From positions 5,271 to 69,270 of the forward strand of contig DAICZA010000001.1 in the NCBI GenBank assembly GCA_027311385.1: a DNA stretch of 64,000 nt, given 5' to 3'. Numbering within the stretch: position 1 is the first letter of the stretch; every line of letters begins with the position of its first letter. The stretch is from a bacterium (GTDB taxonomy: Bacteria > Patescibacteriota > Minisyncoccia > Phycocordibacterales > Phycocordibacteraceae). Below, one piece after another: positions 1-9,511 of this stretch. A program made the position numbers and the translations under genes. The notes below the pieces were generated by a model that made no database searches, was not told the DNA's origin, and saw only the letters and a program-made list of their open reading frames with translations.

Positions 1-477
1 CTCCTTCTCTCGCTCGGCAAAGATGTCCGCCAGTGCCCCGACTGTTTGCGTTTCTATAACGGTTCCACGGCGCTCGTCTGCAATTATTGCGCAGACGCGC
101 GGCGCGACGACACCCAGCTCCTCCTCGTGGAAAAAGACCAGGATCTCGCCGCCGTGGAGCGCGCCGGCACCTACAAGGGCCGCTATTTCGTCCTCGGCGG
201 CGTGCTGACCCTCACCGGCAAGGGCGCCATCCGCGAAAAAGAATTGGTGAAAGCGGTGGAAAAGCGTCTGAAAAGCAACTTGAGCGAAGTCGTCCTCGCG
301 CTCTCAGCGACAAGCGAGGGCGAACACACGGCCGACCGCGTGCGCGAGCTCCTCGCGCCGTACCGCGACCACCTGAGGATTTCCGTCCTCGGCCGCGGCC
401 TCGCCACCGGCAGCGAGCTGGAATACTCCGACGCCGAGACGCTCCGCGCCGCGCTCACGAACCGCAAAGAAACCTAA
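1..477 (+). CDS. recR: Recombination protein RecR, C-terminal portion (5' end lies outside window)
   Basis: Frame of ORF 46..477 is open from nt 1: ...CPDCLRFYNGSTALVCNYC (C4 zinc finger) followed by Toprim-like LLVEKDQDLAAVERAGTYKGRYFVLGG. Confidence 0.85.
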   Translation, partial: LLLSLGKDVRQCPDCLRFYNGSTALVCNYCADARRDDTQLLLVEKDQDLAAVERAGTYKGRYFVLGGVLTLTGKGAIREKELVKAVEKRLKSNLSEVVLALSATSEGEHTADRVRELLAPYRDHLRISVLGRGLATGSELEYSDAETLRAALTNRKET

Positions 478-522
478 CCTCCCTCCGAGTAATATGCGGC
501 CGGGACGAACGGCTCTCTTTGT

Positions 523-894
523 ATGGGGCGATTACTCTTTTTTCTCTGCATCGTTGCTCTGTTCGGCTACGCCATGACGACGCTGACGATCTCCCGGGGG
601 AACGTGGCGGTCGCATCCGCGGCGCAGGGCGTGTCGGTGCTTGACGCGGTGACGGCGATTTCAGCGGATTTTACTGAAACGGGAACGCTCGTATTCTATC
701 CGAATAACACCGGCCCGGTGCCGTACCTCTTCTATCAGAATCCGAACGGAAGCACCGTGGCAAAGGCGCTCGTGTTCCCCTACTCATCTCCAAATGACTT
801 TTCTTCGTGGGTCGGTGCGCAGATTTCCGTAACGGGGCACGTCAACAGCGAACATGTCATCGTCAGCACTATCACCTACCTCTCCGCACCGTGA
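523..894 (+). CDS. hypothetical small membrane/secreted protein
   Basis: N-terminal hydrophobic segment LLFFLCIVALFGYA; no recognisable domain. Confidence 0.3.
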   Translation: MGRLLFFLCIVALFGYAMTTLTISRGNVAVASAAQGVSVLDAVTAISADFTETGTLVFYPNNTGPVPYLFYQNPNGSTVAKALVFPYSSPNDFSSWVGAQISVTGHVNSEHVIVSTITYLSAP

Positions 895-895
895 T

Positions 896-1414
896 TCACG
901 CGTGCGTGTATAAAAGCTTCAGTTTCTCCAGTCCCCGATGCAGCTGCACGGCGATAGTATTTTTAGATTGTCCGGTGATAAGCGACATCTCGGTGAGCGA
1001 GAGGTCTTGCACATAGCGCATACGCAGTACCTTCCGGTACCGTTCGGGAAGCTGTTGGATGAGGAGCATCGCCGCCTTTCCGTCCAGGATGCTGAACAGA
1101 CGTTCGGTGTTGTCCTTTTCTCTCGGCTCATACCCTTTCTCCAGGAGCACATCAAGCGACGTTGTCTTGCGCTTCCGGTACTCGTCCACAATGAGGTTAT
1201 TGAGAATGTGGTAGAGAAACGCCTTCATCGTATCAATCTTTCCGCCTTTAACGAGATATTTCCACGTTTTCATAAAAGTGTCTTGCACCAGGTCTTCGCC
1301 CATTTCCTGGCTGTGCGTCTTAAAAAAGGCGTGAGCATTGAGCCCTCCCGCGTAGTTGCGGTAGGCCGTGGTTAACACCACTTGTCGCCGCGTCTCTCGC
1401 TGTGTAGGAGCCAT
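896..1414 (-). CDS. RNA polymerase sigma-70 family (ECF-type) sigma factor
   Basis: Region-2-like FMKTWKYL/YHILNNLIVDEYRKRK and region-4 HTH LSLTEMSLITGQSKNTIAVQLHRG. Confidence 0.8.
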   Translation of the reverse strand: MAPTQRETRRQVVLTTAYRNYAGGLNAHAFFKTHSQEMGEDLVQDTFMKTWKYLVKGGKIDTMKAFLYHILNNLIVDEYRKRKTTSLDVLLEKGYEPREKDNTERLFSILDGKAAMLLIQQLPERYRKVLRMRYVQDLSLTEMSLITGQSKNTIAVQLHRGLEKLKLLYTHA

Positions 1415-1608
1415 ATGAGTGAAGACGGATGCTTCAGTACCCTATGACACATATATTACAATCGCACTGAACTGCTGAGGAGAAAATCCGCACCGGCATT
1501 ACAGAAATGTTGCGCCGAAGGGAAAAGAAGCACCCGAACTCCAGCATACCCCAAAATGCCGTTCAAGGCAACTTGCAATAACTCCGGCTCTTCTGCGGCG
1601 TAGGTAGT

Positions 1609-2190
1609 ATGGAAACAATAAAAAAGAGTGCGGTACAACCCCGCAGCCCGGTTGGAGTCGACTTTGTTGAGCTGTTGTGGGAAAAGAGCTGGATCTATAT
1701 CAAAACCGTCGTTGATGTCGTCCGTGAGCCAATCCTCATCCTGGATAAGGACCTCCGCGTTATGGCGGCCAACGATTCGTTCTACCGCACCTTCCAGGTG
1801 GAATTGGAAGATACCGAGAAGAGGGTCGTCTACGAGCTCGGGAACGGGCAGTGGAATATTCCCGCGCTCCGGAAACTGCTGGAGGATATCTTGCCTAAAA
1901 ATACGTTTTTCAAAGGATTTGAAGTTGACCATGAGTTCCCGTTCATCGGGCGCAAAGTGATGATTCTGAACGCCCGCGAGATACATTTCAAGGAAGACAC
2001 GTCCTCAAAAGATTTCCCGCCTATCATCCTGCTCGCCATTGAAGACGTCACCGATATGATGGTGGTCGCCGAGACGCTTGCCGACCACACGAAGCAGACT
2101 GTGGCACGGTTTATGGAACGGACGCACGGGCTGGAAATCCATATAAAGAAACTGGAGAAAGAAATCAAGACGCTCAAAAAGAAGCCCTGA
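1609..2190 (+). CDS. PAS-domain protein, divergently transcribed from the sigma factor
   Basis: PAS-like core (ILDKDLRVMAANDSFYRTFQ...VMILNAREI); the assignment is weak. Confidence 0.45.
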   Translation: METIKKSAVQPRSPVGVDFVELLWEKSWIYIKTVVDVVREPILILDKDLRVMAANDSFYRTFQVELEDTEKRVVYELGNGQWNIPALRKLLEDILPKNTFFKGFEVDHEFPFIGRKVMILNAREIHFKEDTSSKDFPPIILLAIEDVTDMMVVAETLADHTKQTVARFMERTHGLEIHIKKLEKEIKTLKKKP

Positions 2191-2292
2191 CGCCGTCTGT
2201 ACTGACTGTAATATTCCCCTCGCTTGGGCGGCTTATTTGTAGAGCATTACAGGGCAAAAGGTCGAATTACCTACATAAATAACACAACTCCT

Positions 2293-3546
2293 ATGAACAA
2301 AATCAATACATTCTCAAAGAACATAGCAACTATAGCCGCCTTCTTCGCGCTCAGTCTGGCCGGCCCGAGTGCCGCGTTTGCGGCCACAGCACCTGACCTT
2401 GGGGCGGCTACCGGCTACTCTCTGTATGGCGATGCGGGAGTGACGAATACCGGTGCGGGGACTCATGTTTGGGGGAATGTTGGTGACAACAGTCTCGGTC
2501 ATCCCGGTCTTCTTGGAACACAAGTAGATGGAACGATAGATGCCGGCGTCGGAGTCGCTGGTGCTGCAGGAACAGCGTACGGCGCCCTCGATGCTCAAGG
2601 AGCTACGGGGAATCTCGACTTGGCCGGGACTCACACCGTTACGCCTGGCGTCTATACGGTCGGAGCGACGACATTGAATGGCACGCTCACCCTTGATGGT
2701 GCGGGCGTCTATATCTTCCGGAGCTCGTCCAGTATCTCTACGTCTGGCGCGGGAACGATGAATTTGATTAACGGTGCGACGGCATGCAACGTGTTTTGGC
2801 AGATTCCTACCTCTATGACAATCGGCACGGGTACGCACATGGAAGGAACGATTATCGCGCAAACCGGTCTCATCTCACTCGGAACGGACGCAACATTGGT
2901 TGGTCGAGCATTGGCGCATACTCAAGTGACGCTCGACAGCAACCAAGTCACCGAACCGACATGCGTGACGCCTCCTCCTCCCTCTTCGGGAACAGGCGGC
3001 AGCAGCACCGGCGCTCTCTACTTCCCGCTACTGCCGGCCATCAGCATTCTGAAGGCGCCGAATCCTTCAGTTCTTCCTCTCGGACCCGGACCCGTTACCT
3101 ATACCTACACCGTCACCAATCCGGGCAAGGTCGCACTGAACACCGTGTGGGTCAAAGACAATAAATGTGCTCCCGTGCAATACGTCTCCGGCGATACCAA
3201 TAGCAATGGATTGCTTGATTTGAGTGAGACGTGGACGTACACCTGCACAAAAACAGTTTCTCAGACGGAAACGGATACCGCGACCGCTCACGGGTACGGC
3301 GTCGCTCTGCGTATGGACGTGTACGCTACCGCGAACGCAACAGTCGTGGTATCCGCCCCGACGGTTACCGGAGAAGTGCTCGGCACTTCAACAAGCACGG
3401 TGCCTGTTGTGCCCGCTGTCCCCAGTTTCCCTAACACCGGATTCCCTCCTCAAGACACCACTCCGTGGATTATGCTTGTGCTCTCCGGCGTGCTTCTCGC
3501 GGCGTCAGTCTCGCTGACTATCGCCTTCAAGAAACGCGCGGAATAG
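2293..3546 (+). CDS. secreted DUF3494/ice-binding-like surface protein with C-terminal sortase sorting signal
   Basis: Signal peptide (AAFFALSLAGPSAAFA), CNVFWQIP motif typical of DUF3494, Thr/Gly-rich. C-terminus has FPNTG + hydrophobic stretch + KKRAE (LPXTG-like cell-wall anchor). Start chosen at MNKINTF. Confidence 0.6.
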   Translation: MNKINTFSKNIATIAAFFALSLAGPSAAFAATAPDLGAATGYSLYGDAGVTNTGAGTHVWGNVGDNSLGHPGLLGTQVDGTIDAGVGVAGAAGTAYGALDAQGATGNLDLAGTHTVTPGVYTVGATTLNGTLTLDGAGVYIFRSSSSISTSGAGTMNLINGATACNVFWQIPTSMTIGTGTHMEGTIIAQTGLISLGTDATLVGRALAHTQVTLDSNQVTEPTCVTPPPPSSGTGGSSTGALYFPLLPAISILKAPNPSVLPLGPGPVTYTYTVTNPGKVALNTVWVKDNKCAPVQYVSGDTNSNGLLDLSETWTYTCTKTVSQTETDTATAHGYGVALRMDVYATANATVVVSAPTVTGEVLGTSTSTVPVVPAVPSFPNTGFPPQDTTPWIMLVLSGVLLAASVSLTIAFKKRAE

Positions 3547-3565
3547 CCACGGCGTCCACCCCACT

Positions 3566-4171
3566 ATGCGGCCGGGAATCTCATTGCGGCGCTCGCTGTT
3601 CGCGGTCGGCATTGCGGGAATCGTATGCTCCGCGGCGGCCATATACCTTCTGACGTCTGCCGCGCCCGGACGGAACTCCTCCACGGGGATGAGCCCGCCC
3701 CCGCTCGGCCAGGTCACACAAGCGGACGCGGGACTTCCCGTCCGCCTCATCATCCCGAAGATTCACGTTGACGCAGCGATTGAACATCTGGGCCTGACGC
3801 CCGAGGGAGCGATGGCGGTACCGGCGGGCCCCGCGGATGTTGCGTGGTATGATCTCGGACCGCGTCCCGGAGAAATAGGGAGCGCGGTTATCGCGGGACA
3901 CGTCGGATGGAAAGACAATATCCGCGCCGCATTTGATAGTGTGGCTTCCCTACGACCGGGAGACACGCTCTTTGTGGAGGACGCTCAAGGAGCATCGGTC
4001 ACGTTTGTCGTGCGCGAACTGCGTATGTATGACCAGAATCAGAACGACTCGGACGTGTTCACTTCAACCGACGGGAAAGCGCATCTTAATCTCATTGCTT
4101 GCGAAGGCGTCTGGGACGCGGCCACAAAAAGCTACTCAAAACGGCTCGTGATATTTACCGATAAAGAATAA
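3566..4171 (+). CDS. sortase family transpeptidase (class E/F-like)
   Basis: N-terminal TM anchor, conserved His (IAGHVGW), catalytic Cys in NLIACEG (TLxTC-like), Arg in VVRELRMY. Lies directly downstream of the sorting-signal protein. Confidence 0.7.
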   Translation: MRPGISLRRSLFAVGIAGIVCSAAAIYLLTSAAPGRNSSTGMSPPPLGQVTQADAGLPVRLIIPKIHVDAAIEHLGLTPEGAMAVPAGPADVAWYDLGPRPGEIGSAVIAGHVGWKDNIRAAFDSVASLRPGDTLFVEDAQGASVTFVVRELRMYDQNQNDSDVFTSTDGKAHLNLIACEGVWDAATKSYSKRLVIFTDKE

Positions 4172-4229
4172 TGCCCACATACAAAAGCGCCCCCGTCACG
4201 GGAGCGCTTTTGTTTTTTTGTAAAATAGG

Positions 4230-5615
4230 TTAGTACCGCTCCTGGACGAAGGTCAGCGCCTTCCCCTTCATATCCGCGCGGCCGGTGCGGCCGATGCGGT
4301 GCACGTAGTCCTCGTAGGTGGACGGCAAGTCGTAGTTGATGACGTGCGAGACGGCGGGGATGTCAATGCCGCGGGCGGCGACGTCGGTCGCCACGAGCAC
4401 ACTCACCTTCCCCGCCTTGAAGGCCTCCAGCGCCCGCTGGCGCGCGCCCTGCGTCTTATTGCCGTGGATGCTCTCCGCGTGGATGTGGAGACGCGAGAGC
4501 GCCTTGGCGAGCTTCTCCACGCCGAACTTCGTGCGGCCGAAGACGAGTACACGGCTGAAGTCGCGGTCCTTGAGCAATTCGGCGAGCACCTCAAATTTAT
4601 CCTTCCCGCGCGGGATGCGGACGACGTCCTGGTCAATGCTCGACGGCGTGTCGCGCGTCTTGACCGAGATGATGACGGGGCTTGAAAGGAAGTCGCCGAT
4701 GAGTTTCTCAATGTCCTTCCCCATCGTCGCCGAGAAGAAGAGCGTGTGGCGCTCCTTGCGCATCTTGGAGAGGATGAGGCGCATATCATCAATAAAGCCC
4801 ATATCCAGCATACGGTCCGCCTCGTCCAGCACGACGGTGCCGAACTGGGTTAAGACGAGCGCCTTGCGCTCCAGGAGGTCTTTCAAACGGCCCGGCGTGC
4901 CGATGACGAAGGCCGGGTCGTGCTTCAACTGGGAGATCTGCGGGCCGATGTTGGCGCCGCCGACCGCGACCATGCCGCGGAAGCCGAGGCCCCGGGCGAA
5001 GCCGGCGAGCTCTTTCTCTATCTGCACCGCGAGTTCGCGGGTCGGCGCCATAATGAGAATGCGCTCGCCTTTCTGCTTCATCACCTTATCAATGAGCGGG
5101 ATGAGGAACGCCGCGGTCTTACCGGTACCGGTCGCGGCGAGACCGACGATATCCTGCCCGAGAAGTGCGTGTGGAATGGCCTTATCCTGAATAGGCGTCG
5201 GGTTCTCGTACTTATGAGCGAGGATGTTCGCCTTTAGGTGCGCATTGATGTCAAAATCGGCGAATGTGTGCTCCGGCACGAACACCGGCTCCGAGGTCGT
5301 CACGACCGATTTGTTCATAAACTTGGAGATTTCCGCCTCCGTTTCGCCGAACGAGCCGAAGCCACCGCGCTTCCCTCCCCCGCGGCCGCCGAAACGCTGC
5401 GGGCGAGCTCCGTAGCCCCCGCGTGCGCCGTAACCGCCCTTGGACGAATACCGGCCCGCCGGTGCGCCAAAACTACCGCGTCCCGTTGAACGCGGCGAAT
5501 ACGGCCGGCTCGTGCCGCCGCTTCTTTGTGCTCCTGACGAGCTGCCTGCTGACTGATGATTCCATCTTCCTATTTGCATGTGATATGTGAGTGAATAGTA
5601 ACTAAAACGAAGCAA
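4230..5615 (-). CDS. DEAD-box ATP-dependent RNA helicase with N-terminal RGG/GYG-rich low-complexity tail
   Basis: Motifs GTGKTAAF, PTRELA, VLDEADRM (DEAD), SAT, HRIGRTGRAD. First ~85 aa are Gly/Arg/Tyr rich; the true start may be an internal Met. Confidence 0.9.
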   Translation of the reverse strand: MLRFSYYSLTYHMQIGRWNHQSAGSSSGAQRSGGTSRPYSPRSTGRGSFGAPAGRYSSKGGYGARGGYGARPQRFGGRGGGKRGGFGSFGETEAEISKFMNKSVVTTSEPVFVPEHTFADFDINAHLKANILAHKYENPTPIQDKAIPHALLGQDIVGLAATGTGKTAAFLIPLIDKVMKQKGERILIMAPTRELAVQIEKELAGFARGLGFRGMVAVGGANIGPQISQLKHDPAFVIGTPGRLKDLLERKALVLTQFGTVVLDEADRMLDMGFIDDMRLILSKMRKERHTLFFSATMGKDIEKLIGDFLSSPVIISVKTRDTPSSIDQDVVRIPRGKDKFEVLAELLKDRDFSRVLVFGRTKFGVEKLAKALSRLHIHAESIHGNKTQGARQRALEAFKAGKVSVLVATDVAARGIDIPAVSHVINYDLPSTYEDYVHRIGRTGRADMKGKALTFVQERY

Positions 5616-5664
5616 CGCAAGGCAAACGCCTTTTGCGGTGAAGTCTGTTCTCTAAAACGAAAAG

Positions 5665-5982
5665 TTAGGAGATAGAATCTATCTTCACTTTCAAGACCGG
5701 CTGGCGGTGGCCGACGCGCTTGTAGTAGCGGCTCTTCGGCTTGTATTTCACCACCTCAACTTTCTTGGCCTTCCCGGCGAGAACAACGGTGCCCTTGACC
5801 TCTGCGCCCTTAATGACGGGCGTACCGATGGTCGTGTCCGAGCCGTTGTCCACGAGGAGCACCTCGCCAAAGACAACCGTGTCACCCTTCTTCAAATCCC
5901 CCGGGAGCTTCTCAATAGCGATAGTGTCGCCCTTTGAGACGACATACTGCTTCCCGCCGGTCTTGATTACGGCCACTTCCAT
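5665..5982 (-). CDS. rplU: 50S ribosomal protein L21
   Basis: MEVAVIKTGGKQYVVSKGD... canonical L21 N-terminus, 105 aa. Confidence 0.9.
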   Translation of the reverse strand: MEVAVIKTGGKQYVVSKGDTIAIEKLPGDLKKGDTVVFGEVLLVDNGSDTTIGTPVIKGAEVKGTVVLAGKAKKVEVVKYKPKSRYYKRVGHRQPVLKVKIDSIS

Positions 5983-6130
5983 AGTCCCGCCAATATAGCA
6001 TTTCTGCCCCCAATAGGCAAGCTTTGGGCTTCTGTGGTAGATTCTGAGGGCGCAGACCGTACTCTATTCCGCCCCACAAAGGCTGGGCCAGAGCATAGCG
6101 CACTGTCCGGGTGACAACGTCCGGACTTCC

Positions 6131-6203
6131 CGCCACGGAGAAGAGGTTGTACGGATTCCAAACCCGTAGCTCCCCCTCGACCTTCTCCGTGGCGTTTTTT
6201 TAT
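6131..6203 (+). terminator. 13-bp perfect stem (CGCCACGGAGAAG/CTTCTCCGTGGCG) followed by T7 run; plus-strand intrinsic terminator overlapping the rmuC stop
   Basis: Inverted repeat and U-tract read directly; no annotated plus-strand gene ends here. Confidence 0.45.
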
Positions 6204-7240
6204 TCCTCAGAGGTAACCGGCTTATCAAGCAACTCCGGCTCAATACCGATCTTTGACTCCGCGATGCGGTACACATCTTTATCTATTTTCCCAAGCTCTT
6301 TGTAGCCGCTGTTGTAGTGCGACACGCTTGTGCCGAGCGCGACGCCGAGCTTACGGTAAAACTCCTCGTAGGTGCCGATGTGCTTGCCCAGCTCCCCTAC
6401 CCGTTTCTGGATGTCTGCGGCCTTTTCTTCTATCTGGAGCGCTTTCAGCCCCTGCATGACCGTCTGGAGGTACGCGAGGAACGACGTCGGCGAGACAATG
6501 ATGACTTTGTACTTGCTCGCCGCTCGCTGTATGAGGTTCTCTTCGTCACCACCCCCGCCGATTTGGTTGGTTAGGAGGTCGTAGTAAATGCCCTCAGAGG
6601 GTATGAACATGAAGGCGAAGTCCATTGTGTCTTCCTCTGGGCGGATGTATTTGGCCGTCTCGGTGATGCGGAGCTTGAGGTCGTTTACAAACGCCTTCTC
6701 GGCGGCCGCGCGCTCGGGCGTCCCTACCTGTGCGCTCACGAAGCGGTTGTAGTTATCCAGGGAGAATTTGGAGTCTACCGGCACAAGCTTTTTATTGATG
6801 ACGATGACGGCGTCCACGATTTCGCCGTTCTTAAACGGGTACTGGATTTTGTAGTCCTCCGGCGACATCACGTTCCGCAAAACAGTTTCCAGATAATACT
6901 CGCCCAAGATACCGCGCTGTTTAGGATTCTTAAGCAAGTCCTGGAGCGACTGGAGCTGTTCGGCATAGGTCTGCGTCTGCCGGCCGATTTCTTTTACCGA
7001 CGTGAGCTCGGTGGTGATTTCCTTGATGAGCCGCGACGATTCCGAAAATTGCCGGTGGGCATTCTCCTGCATCGTGCGTGACGATTCCGAGACGCGCGCG
7101 TCCAGCGTGCGTGCGAGCTCCTGCATCTGCTGCTGGAGGAGGACCATACCGCTTCCCTCCTGCTCCGGCGTTTTGCGGCTCAAGAGGAAATACACCAAGA
7201 CGACGACCGCAACGGCGAGAATGATAGTCACGATATCCAT
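6200..7240 (-). CDS. rmuC: DNA recombination protein RmuC
   Basis: N-terminal TM + coiled coil, conserved C-terminal RmuC domain (FMFIPSEGIYYDLL...VSPTSFLAYLQTV). Confidence 0.8.
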   Translation of the reverse strand: MDIVTIILAVAVVVLVYFLLSRKTPEQEGSGMVLLQQQMQELARTLDARVSESSRTMQENAHRQFSESSRLIKEITTELTSVKEIGRQTQTYAEQLQSLQDLLKNPKQRGILGEYYLETVLRNVMSPEDYKIQYPFKNGEIVDAVIVINKKLVPVDSKFSLDNYNRFVSAQVGTPERAAAEKAFVNDLKLRITETAKYIRPEEDTMDFAFMFIPSEGIYYDLLTNQIGGGGDEENLIQRAASKYKVIIVSPTSFLAYLQTVMQGLKALQIEEKAADIQKRVGELGKHIGTYEEFYRKLGVALGTSVSHYNSGYKELGKIDKDVYRIAESKIGIEPELLDKPVTSEE

Positions 7241-7324
7241 GCCTGTAGTATACCAGTATGCAAAAAGAAACCGGCGCTGATGCGTCGGTGTTTTAAGAAT
7301 GCTCTAGCGGCGATTTATTTGAGC

Positions 7325-7852
7325 TTAGGATTGTTTTGGACGCGGTGAGCAGCGGATTTTCCCCGATTCGACAGATAAGACCGATGAGGTTTTCCATTGG
7401 GAACCATCGAGCATGTCGACGAGCATCGACCGTCCTATTTTCAGAAAACTGATCTTGACCGTGGAAAAACCGAGAGGTCGGTCATCGCGAACTATCGTTC
7501 TCGTTCCGTCCCTTTCAGCTTTCCCAAGTCGGTATACCGAATTTCTGGTTTTGACGACGATTGCCCGTCTTGGAACTCCGAATCCAGGGAATACCACGAG
7601 ATTCATGATGCGCCCGCCGACACCGAATGCTGCTCCGTTCCATGTCTTCTTTTCTTCCCTGGTCAGTTCCCTTGTTGTTTTCTTTGGGAAATGGACATCA
7701 AAGAAGCCAAAACCGGATAGAAAACGCCCTACCCAGTCGTCTCCGTCCTCGCCATAGACAACGCAAAGCGAGGGAGATTTACGACTAATGTCTCCCGTCG
7801 TGTGGATCGCTTTGGTAGCCATCAAGTAGCGTACCGTTTTCAGTTGTTGCAT
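7325..7852 (-). CDS. hypothetical protein
   Basis: 175-aa ORF, no recognisable motif; GC somewhat lower than neighbours. Confidence 0.3.
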   Translation of the reverse strand: MQQLKTVRYLMATKAIHTTGDISRKSPSLCVVYGEDGDDWVGRFLSGFGFFDVHFPKKTTRELTREEKKTWNGAAFGVGGRIMNLVVFPGFGVPRRAIVVKTRNSVYRLGKAERDGTRTIVRDDRPLGFSTVKISFLKIGRSMLVDMLDGSQWKTSSVLSVESGKIRCSPRPKQS

Positions 7853-8012
7853 AGAACTCTCCTTCCGAAGTTGAGTCGCGAATCCTTACTCTTACCCAAG
7901 GTCCTATTCTGGATATACAGAATATTTTTATAAAAGTCAATAGCTCCTGGCGTCCGAAATATGACAGAATCCTGACATTTCACTAGAATTTCGTCATGTT
8001 AGAATTTAGCTT

Positions 8013-8465
8013 ATGATCCACGAAACCCTGAAGCAATCCATCCCCGAGGCGCTCCGCGCCCACGACGAGGTCCGCCTCCGGACGCTCCGCTCGCTCGTGA
8101 CCGCGATGACCAACGAAGTCGTCGCCAAGAAGCGCAAGCCGGACGAATTCCTCACCGACGACGAGGCGCTCGCCGTCTTGAAGCGCGCCGCGAGCCAGCG
8201 CAAAGATTCTATTGAGCAATTTGAAAAAGCCGGCCGCAACGAACTCGCCGAGCCCGAGAAGCTGGAGCTCGCTATCATTGAGTCGTATCTCCCCCAAATG
8301 ATGAGCCGCGACGAGATAGTGCCCATCGCGAAGGCGAAGATGGCGGAACTCGGCGTCTCAAGCAAAGCCGACGCCGGCAAGTTCACCGGTGCGCTGATGA
8401 AAGAACTCAAAGGGAAAGCCGATGGCGCTGATGTGAAGGCGGTTGTGGATTCTCTCCTCTCCTAA
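8013..8465 (+). CDS. yqeY: GatB/YqeY domain-containing protein
   Basis: LRAHDEVRLRTLRSL...KELKGKADGADVKAVV pattern typical of the YqeY family. Confidence 0.8.
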   Translation: MIHETLKQSIPEALRAHDEVRLRTLRSLVTAMTNEVVAKKRKPDEFLTDDEALAVLKRAASQRKDSIEQFEKAGRNELAEPEKLELAIIESYLPQMMSRDEIVPIAKAKMAELGVSSKADAGKFTGALMKELKGKADGADVKAVVDSLLS

Positions 8466-8577
8466 AAACAGGGCTCTGTGATTGCTTGTGTAGTAACTTC
8501 CACGTTATGTAATTACCGGCTCTGATCGGCACCTCCGGGTGTCGGTTTTGTTTTGATTATAGAACGCCTGTGGATAA

Positions 8578-8645
8578 CTTGCTTTTTTATTACAACTGTG
8601 CTATAGTCTAATCGTTCACGTTCAACGAAGGAAAGGAGGTGTTCC
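8578..8645 (+). promoter_or_regulatory. putative sigma70-like promoter (TTGCTT ... TATAGT) and GGAAAGGAGGTG ribosome-binding site ahead of TTG start
   Basis: Hexamers read from sequence; spacer about 19 nt, so weak. Confidence 0.35.
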
Positions 8646-8936
8646 TTGAGTACTACTGAGATTCAGAAGTTTACGGAGCGCGAGGCGGAAATGGGTGCCC
8701 GCCACGCACAGTCGATACGCCCCGTATCTGCTACGTTCGACAAACGATTCTTGTGCGAACGTGCAGATCTCGCGAACCAGAAATTGAAGCAGGACCCTCG
8801 CCTGGCCTTTTACCAGGTCATGCGGGAAGTTCTCGGCGACATTCGGGATTACGAGACGCGGCAGGCGTATAACACTGCTATCGCGAAAATGCTCAGCGAA
8901 CGCAGGGTCCTTCAGCGCCAGAAAGTCCCGGCATGA
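8646..8936 (+). CDS. hypothetical protein (TTG start, strong SD)
   Basis: 96-aa ORF preceded by GGAGG; followed by a terminator. Confidence 0.4.
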   Translation: MSTTEIQKFTEREAEMGARHAQSIRPVSATFDKRFLCERADLANQKLKQDPRLAFYQVMREVLGDIRDYETRQAYNTAIAKMLSERRVLQRQKVPA

Positions 8937-8957
8937 GAAAAGCCGGCATCAGTTCAC

Positions 8958-8993
8958 GGGTGGGTTGCTCTGCAACCCACCCATTTTGTTTTT
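8958..8993 (+). terminator. rho-independent terminator (GGGTGGGTTGC...GCAACCCACCC + T-run)
   Basis: Perfect 11-bp stem and U-tract. Confidence 0.6.
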
Positions 8994-9042
8994 ATACAGA
9001 AATCCTGATTGACTCCCCGTAAATCGGGAGTAGCATTATCGT

Positions 9043-9417
9043 ATGACATTCCCTTCCTCCGAATCCGGACATAACTCATTGGACGCCGCGGCGCATCAGG
9101 CAATAGAGATACACAACAAGCCGGAACATCTCCTCACCCCGGAAGAAGAAAAACTGCGGAGCGTAGAGCACACAGGCATTGAACTTACCGGCGCTGAACT
9201 CGCCGTTGTAAGGAAGGTCATTTTTGATTGGATGAAAGACACGGAAAGAAAGATTCCCATCCTTGAGCGCTCACTCAATGAAGCGACCGCGGTTAATTCG
9301 GATAGCACTCGGGAAGAATTACGGAAACTTAAGAAAGAACTCGCCTTCCTCAAGCACAACCTCGCAGAGAAACTTTTCCAGAAGGTAGAGGATACTGACA
9401 ACAGAGTGTCTATATAG
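9043..9417 (+). CDS. hypothetical protein
   Basis: 124-aa ORF, coiled-coil-like C-terminus; no known domain. Confidence 0.4.
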   Translation: MTFPSSESGHNSLDAAAHQAIEIHNKPEHLLTPEEEKLRSVEHTGIELTGAELAVVRKVIFDWMKDTERKIPILERSLNEATAVNSDSTREELRKLKKELAFLKHNLAEKLFQKVEDTDNRVSI

Positions 9418-9435
9418 TAGTGTGCACCTATAGAC

Positions 9436-9507
9436 GGCCTCATCGTCTAACGGTTAGGACAGCGCCCTCTCACGGCGTAAATCGGGGTTCGATTCCCCGT
9501 GAGGTCA
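9436..9507 (+). tRNA. tRNA-Glu (anticodon CUC)
   Basis: Cloverleaf folds by hand: acceptor GGCCTCA/TGAGGTC (one G-U), D-arm GTCT-AACGGTTA-GGAC, anticodon stem GCGCC/GGCGT with loop CTCTCAC, T-arm CGGGG-TTCGATT-CCCCG, discriminator A; CCA not encoded. Confidence 0.8.
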
Positions 9508-9511
9508 CAAA

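Noticed and set aside
4336-5190. Long antisense ORFs overlapping well-supported genes (for example 4336..5190+, 16979..18454+, 35227..36984+, 58318..59523+, 60265..61449+, 13318..14154+)
   Set aside because: Arg/Ala/Pro-rich translations typical of stop-poor frames in high-GC DNA; each lies opposite a gene with clear conserved motifs.
9443-9460. TCTAACGGTTAGGA in the tRNA-Glu D-arm resembling the element arm TCTAACGGG
   Set aside because: Only 8 nt shared and part of a normal D-stem/loop; coincidence.
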